Positions 56,992 to 64,000 of a DNA stretch of 64,000 nt are shown one piece after another. This stretch comes from Bdellovibrionales bacterium CG10_big_fil_rev_8_21_14_0_10_45_34. Lineage in GTDB: Bacteria > Bdellovibrionota > Bdellovibrionia > Bdellovibrionales > 1-14-0-10-45-34. Location: the NCBI GenBank assembly GCA_002778785.1, contig PEZS01000010.1, positions 184,671 through 248,670 of the forward strand, given 5' to 3'. Made by a program: the position numbers and the translations under genes. Below the pieces are notes generated by a model. The model ran no database searches, had not been told where the DNA came from, and saw only the letters and a program-made list of their open reading frames with translations. Every line of letters begins with the position of its first letter. The stretch's first letter is position 1.

Positions 56992-57027
56992 AAAAAAAGG
57001 CCCTTAACTGGGCCTTTTTTCTTTTTT
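56992..57027 (+). terminator. Rho-independent terminator after pilA
   Basis: The sequence AAAAAAAGGCCC-TTAACT-GGGCCTTTTTTCTTTTTT forms a GC stem with an A/T extension and a long T tract. Confidence 0.8.
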
Positions 57028-57084
57028 AAAGGTACGGAGTCACTTGTGGGACGCAAGGCGTCCCACAAGTGACTCCGTACCTTT
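57028..57084. repeat. 57-bp perfect palindromic hairpin element, copy 1 (27-bp stem, 3-nt loop AAG)
   Basis: AAAGGTACGGAGTCACTTGTGGGACGC-AAG-GCGTCCCACAAGTGACTCCGTACCTTT. I checked the arm complementarity base by base. Confidence 0.95.
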
Positions 57085-57145
57085 TGCGGGGAGAGCTTTC
57101 TTCGTAGAGGGATCAGGCCTATACTGGATTCAGAGGCGGATAAGA

Positions 57146-57889
57146 ATGAACAGCAATAAAAAAGTTATCATTGCAGTCGTGCTGTCGGCAGCGGTGATGC
57201 TAATTTCGCAGCAGCGAATGGAGGGCTTTAGCGAGGATTACAAAAAGAATCACGCAAGGCTGATTCCGCCGCCACAGAACCTAGATAAGTTCACCCCCGG
57301 CTATAAGCTGGTACTGGCGGATTCGCTTTGGCTGAGGGCGATACAAGACCTTGATATGTGCCAAGGTGTCAATGCGATCGGCGATCTCAAAGCAATTTCA
57401 AAGAATCGCTGCAGCCAGGGTTGGGTCTATCAAATGATCGACGTCATCACTGACCTCGATCCGCGCTACAGAATTGTCTACTCCGTTGGAGCAATCACAC
57501 TCAGTGTGATTTTGTCAGATGTTGTTGGCGCCGATAGAATCTACGCTAAAGCGATTTACCACTTTCCGAAAGATTGGGGTCTTCCTTATCGTTATGCCTA
57601 CCACTTGCTAGAAGAAACTTATGATCCGGTAAAAGCAGCACGCATGTTAACAATGGCCGCTGAAAACGGTGCTCCCGATTGGACTCGGATGTTGGCGGCA
57701 AAACTCTTAAGTGAAAATCATCGTATTGCCTACTCCTTCACGGTTCTTGGAGACTTGGCGACAAACTACCCCGAGTTTGCAGCAAATGATCGCTTCAAAG
57801 AGCGATTCCTTATGATCTGCAAAAGAGCTCGCGAGGCAGGTATAACTCTCCCTAACAATCACCCCCGCGGCCTTGAGTGCCCGCGCTGA
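57146..57889 (+). CDS. Hypothetical membrane-anchored protein
   Basis: The track ORF is 57044..57889. The first 34 codons merely read through the palindromic element. The ATG at 57146 gives MNSNKKVIIAVVLSAAVMLISQQ (signal anchor). Confidence 0.5.
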   Translation: MNSNKKVIIAVVLSAAVMLISQQRMEGFSEDYKKNHARLIPPPQNLDKFTPGYKLVLADSLWLRAIQDLDMCQGVNAIGDLKAISKNRCSQGWVYQMIDVITDLDPRYRIVYSVGAITLSVILSDVVGADRIYAKAIYHFPKDWGLPYRYAYHLLEETYDPVKAARMLTMAAENGAPDWTRMLAAKLLSENHRIAYSFTVLGDLATNYPEFAANDRFKERFLMICKRAREAGITLPNNHPRGLECPR

Positions 57890-58082
57890 AGTAGGCGCAC
57901 AAAAAATTCTCATTAAACTCAGCTGTTACTTGTAATCTCTACCACTTTCATTTGGCATCTGTTGCTTTGAATAGAAAGCAAGAATGGAGTCAGTTCGGGT
58001 TTGACTCGACGTCGTTCTGATCCGACTTGGTCTTGACCAAAATGCACTATGACGTCGATTTGGTCAGAAGGATTTACCAATA

Positions 58083-58611
58083 GTGAAGAGATACCTTAGC
58101 TTCCCAATAGAAAATCTGGCGCTACGCCGAAAAAAGATGGTTTTTGTATCGGGTCCGCGACAAAGCGGAAAAACGACACTTAAATGCTCATTAGCCTTTT
58201 ACCCGAAAAAGTAGGAGCTCCCCTTAGCCTTCAAAGTTTAAGAGAAGATCTTGAGGTCTCCCACGCCACAGTCAAAAGATGGTTGTCGTATCTCAAAGAG
58301 CTCTACTATTGTTTTGAAATTAAGCCTTATTCAACCACTATTGGACAGACGTAGGTTTTGGTACTTTTGACCTGTTCTATTTGAGGAATAAAGAAAAGCA
58401 AGAGATCGATTTTTTGGTATCTCGTAACCGTCGACCTTGGTTTACCGCTGAGGCCAAGCTGCCGCCTCAGTCCCTCTCAAAAAGTATCTTTGCCTTTCAG
58501 AAGCACGTCAAAGTACCGCATTTTCAGGTGAGCCTCGGCGACAAGTGGAAATCACCGCATCCTCATGTGTACATTTGTGGAAGTGCGGGATTTCTTAGCC
58601 TATTACCTTGA
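58083..58611 (+). pseudogene. Degraded AAA-ATPase/DUF4143-family gene
   Basis: Fragments: VKRYLSFPIENLALRRKKMVFVSGPRQSGKTTLKCSLAFYPKK* (Walker A), then an in-frame stop, then GAPLSLQSLREDLEVSHATVKRWLSYLKELYYCFEIKPYSTTIGQT*, then a frame change to track ORF 58381..58611 (...RNKEKQEIDFLVSRNRRPWFTAEAK...). The total is far shorter than the ~400 aa typical of this family. Confidence 0.65.
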
Positions 58612-58718
58612 CACGTATTGGTTCGCCATCAGATTGACAAGAAGCTTTCAATCGCTAAATTGCTGTTTTTGCTCCAATGCCCTCAGGCGGGCGAAGACGT
58701 TTAAGGGATCTAGATTCG

Positions 58719-59837
58719 ATGGCACAAGATTATTACGAAATATTAGGCGTAGCGCGCAATGCGGATGCAGACACAATCAAGAAGGCTTATCGAAAGCTAG
58801 CTATGAAATTTCACCCCGATCAAAATCCGGGGGATAAAGCGGCCGAAGATAAATTTAAAGAGGCGGCTCAAGCCTACGAAGTACTCGGGAATGCAGATAA
58901 ACGCTCCAAATACGATCAGATAGGGCACGCGGCGTACACTCAAAGTGGAATGGGCGGGCAAGGCTACGGCGGAGCTGGCTTTCAAGACATTGATGATATC
59001 TTTGCGTCATTTGGCGATATTTTTGGCGACATGTTTGGCGGGGGCCGCAGAACTTCGCGAGGAGGCCGGTCAAAAGCAACACGTGGGGCGGATCTTCGCT
59101 ATCGGCTTCAAATAGATTTGCTCACGGTCTTAGATGGCGGCGAGCAAGAAGTAGAGTTTGAAACAGAAGATAACTGCAAACGTTGTAGCGGCAGTGGGGC
59201 AGAACCCGGTACCGCCCCCGAGGTCTGTGGTACATGCCGAGGTGCCGGCCAAGTTGTTCGTGCGCAAGGTTTTTTCTCGATGGCGACAACTTGCCCAACA
59301 TGTCACGGAAACGGGCAGCTCATCAAAAACTCCTGTAACTTGTGCCGCGGCCATGGCCGAGTCGCAGCAAAACGTCATCTCACCGTGAAGATTCCGCCTG
59401 GAGTTCGCACGGGTACACGCTTACGTGTAGCTGGAGAGGGCGAGGGAGGCTTTCGTGGCGGACCATCCGGCGATCTCTATGTAGAAATCCATGTAAAAGA
59501 CCATCCACAATTTGAGCGTGATGGTGACCACCTGATCAGTCGCTTGAAAGTTTCTTACCTGCAGGCGATTTTGGGAGCAGAAATTCAAGCCCCTGCTCTC
59601 AAGGGGTCTGAAATGGTCACAGTGCCCGAAGGCTCCCAGCCCGCAGACCTTGTCAAATTAGCCCATAAAGGTTTACCAAGTCTTAGAGGCGGGGCTCGCG
59701 GCGATCTTTACTACCGACTAGAAGTGGAGATTCCGAAAAAAATCTCGAAAGACGAAGAGAAGCTTTTGAGAGAGATCGCTTCTTCTAAAAATGAGACAGT
59801 CTCAGAGGGTGGGAACGGGCTTTTTCGGCGCAGATAA
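58719..59837 (+). CDS. dnaJ: Chaperone DnaJ
   Basis: The track ORF is 58677..59837. The ATG at 58719 gives MAQDYYEILGV. It has the HPD motif, a G/F region and four CxxCxGxG zinc-finger repeats. Confidence 0.95.
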   Translation: MAQDYYEILGVARNADADTIKKAYRKLAMKFHPDQNPGDKAAEDKFKEAAQAYEVLGNADKRSKYDQIGHAAYTQSGMGGQGYGGAGFQDIDDIFASFGDIFGDMFGGGRRTSRGGRSKATRGADLRYRLQIDLLTVLDGGEQEVEFETEDNCKRCSGSGAEPGTAPEVCGTCRGAGQVVRAQGFFSMATTCPTCHGNGQLIKNSCNLCRGHGRVAAKRHLTVKIPPGVRTGTRLRVAGEGEGGFRGGPSGDLYVEIHVKDHPQFERDGDHLISRLKVSYLQAILGAEIQAPALKGSEMVTVPEGSQPADLVKLAHKGLPSLRGGARGDLYYRLEVEIPKKISKDEEKLLREIASSKNETVSEGGNGLFRRR

Positions 59838-59858
59838 TCAGAAAAATATCGCCAATCG

Positions 59859-59915
59859 AAAGGTACGGAGTCACTTCTGGGACGCATAGCGTCCCAGAAG
59901 TGACTCCGTACCTTT
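59859..59915. repeat. 57-bp perfect palindromic hairpin element, copy 2 (27-bp stem, 3-nt loop ATA)
   Basis: AAAGGTACGGAGTCACTTCTGGGACGC-ATA-GCGTCCCAGAAGTGACTCCGTACCTTT. It differs from copy 1 by one stem position changed in both arms (G>C and C>G) and by the loop. Confidence 0.95.
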
Positions 59916-59947
59916 TGAGAAAACTGTCTCAAATCGAGACCTTGGGG

Positions 59948-59975
59948 CTTGACCAAAGCGGCAGACGCCCCAAAT
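59948..59975 (+). promoter_or_regulatory. Candidate sigma32-type heat-shock promoter upstream of dnaK
   Basis: CTTGACC-N13-CCCCAAAT compared with the consensus CTTGAAA-N13/14-CCCCATNT. It lies about 40 nt upstream of the dnaK ATG. Confidence 0.4.
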
Positions 59976-60016
59976 TGAAGAAGTACATTTACAAATTGTT
60001 TTAAGGAGATAGCGAC

Positions 60017-61939
60017 ATGGCGAAGAAAATTATTGGAATTGACTTAGGTACAACGAATTCAGTTGTGGCATTGATGGAGGGCGGGGAGCCTAAGGTTCTT
60101 ACAAATGAAGAAGGTGGTCGCACCACTCCTTCAGTTGTGGGTTTTGCTAAAAACGGTGAACGACTTGTTGGTCAAGTAGCAAAACGGCAGGCTGTTACAA
60201 ATCCAGAAAATACAATTTCTTCTGCAAAGCGCTTTATCGGGCGAGCTTACTCAGAGGTGACTGAAGAGGTCAGGCGCATTCCGTATAAAGTCGTGCAAAG
60301 AGGAGGCGGTTGCGGCTTTGACGTTCGAGGAGAGGTTTATACACCAGAGCAGATTTCAGCCTTTATTCTTCAAAAATTAAAAAAGACTGCGGAGGATTAC
60401 CTGGGCGAAGAGGTGACTGATGCAGTTATTACGGTACCTGCTTACTTTAATGACTCTCAAAGACAAGCCACTAAGGACGCAGGAAAAATAGCCGGCCTTA
60501 ATGTTTTGCGTATTATCAACGAGCCAACGGCGGCGGCGCTTGCCTATGGGCTTGATAAAAAGAAAGATCAAAAAATTGTTATTTACGACTTCGGTGGTGG
60601 TACCTTCGATATCTCCGTTCTTGAAGTCGGCGACAATGTTGTAGAAGTGAAATCAACAAATGGTGATACACACCTTGGTGGGGATGATTTCGATAAAAAG
60701 ATTCTTGATTGGCTCATCGACGAATTTAAAAGAGAAAATGGCATAGATTTGTCGAACGACAAGATGGCACTTCAGCGACTTCGCGAAGGTGCAGAAAAGG
60801 CGAAAATTGAGCTGAGCACTGCTCAGACGACAGAAATAAATCTTCCATTCATAAGTGCTGATGCAACAGGTCCGAAGCATTTGAATGTGTCTTTAAGTCG
60901 CGCAAAATTTGATCAAATGACAGAAGACCTTGTGAAGCGCTCGATCGAACCTTGTAGAAAAGCTCTCCAGGATGCCGGGCTAAAAGCATCAGAAATAGAT
61001 GAAGTAGTTCTTGTCGGTGGTTCGACAAGAATCCCTGCAATTCAAAAGTCGGTGAAAGATTTTTTTGGTAAGGAGCCTAATCGTTCAGTGAATCCTGATG
61101 AAGTTGTTGCCGTTGGTGCCGCTGTTCAAGGAGGAGTTCTTGGTGGTGACGTGAAGGATGTCTTACTTCTTGATGTGACGCCGCTTTCTTTGGGTATTGA
61201 AACTCTTGGTGGTGTAGCGACAAAGCTGATTCCGAGAAACACAACAATTCCTACAAAACGCTCTCAAACTTTTTCAACAGCAGCAGATAATCAGCCAAGC
61301 GTGGATATTCATGTTGTTCAAGGTGAGCGTGAGATGTCGAGTGATAATAAGACTCTTGGAAGATTTGAATTATCTGGGTTGCCGCCTGCTCCGCGTGGTG
61401 TGCCTCAAATTGAGGTTGCGTTTGATATTGATGCAAACGGAATTTTGAGTGTGCATGCTAAAGATTTAGGTACAGGCAAGGAGCAGTCCATCAAGATCAC
61501 AGCAAAGTCGAACCTTGATGATAATGAAATTAAAAAGATGGTCGAAGACGCTGAAGCGAATGCTGAAGCTGATCGTATGAAGCGAGAAAAAGTCACTGCG
61601 AAAAATGATCTTGACGGTGTGATTTATCAAACAGAGAAGCTGATGAGTGACAATAAAGAGAAGATCTCACCAAGTGACCGATCAGAGCTGGAAGCGGCTC
61701 TTACGAAAGCAAAGAGCGTCTTGAATTCTGACGATGTAGCTGTTTTGAAATCTGAGTACGAATCTCTTTCTAAAACAGTTCAAAAGGTGAGTAGTCAGCT
61801 GTACTCTACACAGGGTGCAGCGCCAGGTGGTTCTGCTGATGGTGCTGCGGCCGGCGGTAACACAGGCAAGGCCGGCGGCTCCGAAGGCGACAAAGGTGGC
61901 GACGACGTTGTCGATGCTGAATTCAAGGACGTGAACTAA
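60017..61939 (+). CDS. dnaK: Chaperone DnaK (Hsp70)
   Basis: Track ORF of 640 aa containing [18 protein letters not shown] and [10 protein letters not shown], preceded by the RBS AAGGAG. Confidence 0.98.
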   Translation: MAKKIIGIDLGTTNSVVALMEGGEPKVLTNEEGGRTTPSVVGFAKNGERLVGQVAKRQAVTNPENTISSAKRFIGRAYSEVTEEVRRIPYKVVQRGGGCGFDVRGEVYTPEQISAFILQKLKKTAEDYLGEEVTDAVITVPAYFNDSQRQATKDAGKIAGLNVLRIINEPTAAALAYGLDKKKDQKIVIYDFGGGTFDISVLEVGDNVVEVKSTNGDTHLGGDDFDKKILDWLIDEFKRENGIDLSNDKMALQRLREGAEKAKIELSTAQTTEINLPFISADATGPKHLNVSLSRAKFDQMTEDLVKRSIEPCRKALQDAGLKASEIDEVVLVGGSTRIPAIQKSVKDFFGKEPNRSVNPDEVVAVGAAVQGGVLGGDVKDVLLLDVTPLSLGIETLGGVATKLIPRNTTIPTKRSQTFSTAADNQPSVDIHVVQGEREMSSDNKTLGRFELSGLPPAPRGVPQIEVAFDIDANGILSVHAKDLGTGKEQSIKITAKSNLDDNEIKKMVEDAEANAEADRMKREKVTAKNDLDGVIYQTEKLMSDNKEKISPSDRSELEAALTKAKSVLNSDDVAVLKSEYESLSKTVQKVSSQLYSTQGAAPGGSADGAAAGGNTGKAGGSEGDKGGDDVVDAEFKDVN

Positions 61940-61996
61940 AGTTTTCTTTTTAGAGGATACGCAAGTTCCTGGAAAAATTGTTTGGTTCTAAATCGC

Positions 61997-62029
61997 AAAC
62001 AAGGGCTCTTCGAAAAGGAGCCCTTGTTT
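61997..62029 (+). terminator. Hairpin after dnaK (terminator-like, short T tract)
   Basis: AAACAAGGGCTC-TTCGAAAAG-GAGCCCTTGTTT forms a 12-bp stem. Confidence 0.55.
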
Positions 62030-62115
62030 ATGAAATACAGTCTTTTGTCGAATATGTTAGAAAAGAGTCTTGAGACAGTTCCTTACGCAGCTTTGCTCGT
62101 GTAAAAGTAAGGAAC

Positions 62116-63249
62116 ATGGTTAAGAATTCAAATTGTTTTTTTCTGCAAGCAAGTATTTCTCTTATCTTACTTTTGAGTTGTTTTTCGTATGCGCAAGATC
62201 GGTACGGAGCCTATGGGTTGTTTCCGCAGGGCTCTCACCGGGTGATGGCAATGGGCGGCGCCTATGCTGCACTAAGTGACGATGCGACGGGCGTAACCTA
62301 TAACCCTGCGGGTTTGGCTTTTCAACCCTACTGGGGCGATCTTGGCGGGAACGTCAACACCGTCTACAACAGAGAAGTTGATTTAGACGGTGATGGCCAG
62401 AAGGATGGCATTCCTTATACCTACCATTATTACGCTGCGACCTTTCGTGCCGGCGATTTTGGTTTTGGAGTTGGGTCCAACTCTCCCTACAATTTAAACA
62501 TATCTTTTAATTCGGACTTAGGCGGTTTTACAGAAACTCGCACATTGCAGCTAACAGTAGAAACGTTCAACCTCCCGGTTGCGTACAGAATAAGCAAGCA
62601 GTGGAGCTTTGGGGTCAATCTTCAAGGGCACACAGTGACAGAGCGATACCGTTTTGTCTCTACCAACCCTTCAACAAGCGAGGTTGATGTAGCCACGAAA
62701 GCCACAGCTGCAACTATTGTGAGTGGTATTATGTTTAGGCCCGATGAAACATGGAGCTTCGGTCTATTTTATTCGCCGCGCGCTGAGTTCAATGACATCA
62801 ACTCAGAGCTGAACAATCAAACTGGCGGAGTGAATTGGTTTCGGAATGTAGTGATTCCTTCAAAGACCACGCTTGGCGGTGCCTATCGTTTGGATCGCTG
62901 GGTTTTTACGCTCGATTTAGATCACTTCGAAGGTTTGTCTAACGTTCAGTATGTTGGTTCACAGTTGATTCCTGAGTTTCGAAGAGTGGAGTTTGACGGT
63001 AAAGAAAAGTGGGTTCTTCACGGCGGAGTTGAATGGAACCCGGTTTCTACAAACATGTGGGACTGGTATCTACGTGCGGGGTCTTACAACGAACCGCCGA
63101 GGGCTTTAGGCGTCGGCTCTCGGCAGCACACCACCTTCGGTACGGAACTTCGATACTGGGTGCTTTCATTGAGCGCTGCGGTCGATGGCGCCGAGAATTT
63201 CGCAAACTTCGCAGTCGGTCTTGGTGTGAGTTTAAAACCTTACCTTTAA
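62116..63249 (+). CDS. Outer-membrane beta-barrel protein (FadL/OmpP1-like)
   Basis: Track ORF of 377 aa with a signal peptide ending FSYAQD. The N-terminal motif MGGAYAALSDDATGVTYNPAGLAF is typical of FadL-family hatch regions. The C-terminus has aromatic residues. Confidence 0.5.
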   Translation: MVKNSNCFFLQASISLILLLSCFSYAQDRYGAYGLFPQGSHRVMAMGGAYAALSDDATGVTYNPAGLAFQPYWGDLGGNVNTVYNREVDLDGDGQKDGIPYTYHYYAATFRAGDFGFGVGSNSPYNLNISFNSDLGGFTETRTLQLTVETFNLPVAYRISKQWSFGVNLQGHTVTERYRFVSTNPSTSEVDVATKATAATIVSGIMFRPDETWSFGLFYSPRAEFNDINSELNNQTGGVNWFRNVVIPSKTTLGGAYRLDRWVFTLDLDHFEGLSNVQYVGSQLIPEFRRVEFDGKEKWVLHGGVEWNPVSTNMWDWYLRAGSYNEPPRALGVGSRQHTTFGTELRYWVLSLSAAVDGAENFANFAVGLGVSLKPYL

Positions 63250-63388
63250 GTACGGTCAGTTTTTGTGAGGCGATCTATTTAGGCCGTGAAGAGCCCCCCT
63301 TTGGCTAATTAATTTATTCGTCCCTTAAAGTTGAGTGTATTGATCACGATAGTCTTGCACATACCAATTAGAATGTACCTACTGGGGA

Positions 63389-64000
63389 TTAGTTTTTCTG
63401 TCGCAACAGAATATCTATTAAAAAATCACGATCTTCTTGCGTGATACTGAGCGGAGGGGCAGGCATTCTGTTTGTCTCAAGATATTCAACAACTTTTGCC
63501 TTCCCTTTGCTACTGTCATATTTGTAATTATAAAATTTTTGCGGATCAAAGATCGGCAGCGAAAGAGCCACGTTTTCTCCATGGCAGTTGAGACACTTCT
63601 GAGTTACAATGTTGTTGTAACGCTTCCACTCCGTAAGTGACACATGCATTCTGTTGAGAAATGTATCGTCCACTTTTTGGGTCGTTACGTCGTTCACTTG
63701 TTTCGTTGCCGAAGCGGGATTCTGCGTAGAAACTTTTGAAGAGCTAGTTGCTAAGATTTGTCGTTTTTTGTTAGCGCTTTCGTTGGCCGCAGAGTGTGGC
63801 TGTTGCTCGATAAAACTTTTATTCAAAAGAGCAAAATCTTTCTTTGTTTGGTTAGGATGTCCAGGGTCTATCTGAAGATCGGCGTAATAGAGCATAAGCT
63901 GCTCTAAAATTTTTCGGTCCACTTGATTTTTGAGATCTTGCGATTGGCTTAGTGTTCTAACTGCTATCTCAGCAATCGCAGCGCCATTTGGCGGCCAGCT
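63389..64000 (-). CDS. c-type cytochrome-like protein (partial; frame stays open to the window end)
   Basis: The track ORF is 63389..63922 with a GTG start. The same frame has no stop between 63923 and 64000, so the gene may start outside the window. There is a single CxxCH motif (QKCLNCHG). Confidence 0.45.
   Translation of the reverse strand, partial: SWPPNGAAIAEIAVRTLSQSQDLKNQVDRKILEQLMLYYADLQIDPGHPNQTKKDFALLNKSFIEQQPHSAANESANKKRQILATSSSKVSTQNPASATKQVNDVTTQKVDDTFLNRMHVSLTEWKRYNNIVTQKCLNCHGENVALSLPIFDPQKFYNYKYDSSKGKAKVVEYLETNRMPAPPLSITQEDRDFLIDILLRQKN

Noticed and set aside
58560-58718. A heat-shock control element upstream of dnaJ (a CIRCE inverted repeat or a sigma32 promoter around CTTGACA at 58607).
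   Set aside because: No TTAGCACTC-N9-GAGTGCTAA-like dyad is present. The sigma32-like match has a 10-12 nt spacer and a poor -10 element (CGCCATCA).
57028-59915. The two 57-bp palindromes interpreted as terminal inverted repeats of a MITE or IS element carrying the intervening 2.8 kb.
   Set aside because: Each copy is itself a complete palindrome, so there is no left or right end. I could see no target-site duplication. There is no transposase, and the intervening segment includes the core gene dnaJ. I keep this only as a remote possibility under the hairpin finding.

Overview
This is a chromosomal window from a Gram-negative bacterium. GC content looks moderate by eye but was not computed. 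The gene families suggest a Bdellovibrio-like (Bdellovibrionota/Oligoflexia) lineage: a TIGR02147-type paralog, a type IV pilus cluster with sigma54 regulators, and a lipid A cluster carrying a GnnA-like oxidoreductase. That taxonomic call is an inference from family recall, not a database hit.

Layout:
- 0-7.4 kb: miscellaneous metabolism and secreted proteins (beta-propeller lipoprotein, SDR, GNAT, Zn-ADH, SRPBCC).
- 7.4-12.9 kb: an accessory, visibly decaying stretch that ends at the 3' end of tRNA-Glu. It holds a truncated VOC gene, a frameshifted small toxin-like gene plus wHTH partner, a thermonuclease pseudogene, a BrnT remnant plus BrnA, a LysR regulator, and a tightly coupled four-gene cassette (toxin-like, XRE, two secreted proteins).
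- 12.9-23 kb: tRNA-Glu, tRNA-Lys, purA, serA/serC-like genes, lptE-holA, a PilZ protein, rpsT, murJ, mazG.
- 23-41.7 kb: a long envelope supercluster: pgpH-like, ybeY, prfB (with its programmed +1 frameshift), lolCE, lolD, bamA, skp, fabZ, lpxA, gnnA-like, lpxB, lpxK, lpxL-like, DUF3108, and two GT9 glycosyltransferases.
- 41.9-45.4 kb: a CHASE2 histidine kinase / sigma54 response regulator pair carrying two simple-sequence repeats.
- 45.5-57 kb: ribF, then pilB-pilT-pilC-pilS-pilR, an inserted MNT/HEPN module, and pilA.
- 57-64 kb: a hypothetical gene, a degraded AAA/DUF4143 ATPase, dnaJ, dnaK, an outer-membrane barrel protein, and a c-type cytochrome-like ORF that runs off the window.

I found no CRISPR array, rRNA, intact transposase or integrase, and no complete multi-gene defence system that I recognise. 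The most unusual signals are:
- Two copies of a 57-bp perfect hairpin element that differ by a compensated stem change.
- A (CCGATCA)x12 heptanucleotide tract between the kinase and regulator genes, plus a G8 tract inside the kinase.
- The tRNA-abutting four-gene cassette with a consensus promoter embedded in a perfect 20-bp palindrome.
- An RHH-MNT/HEPN module splitting pilSR from pilA, next to a GC-rich structured non-coding block.

All family names are from motif and sequence recall and need database confirmation.
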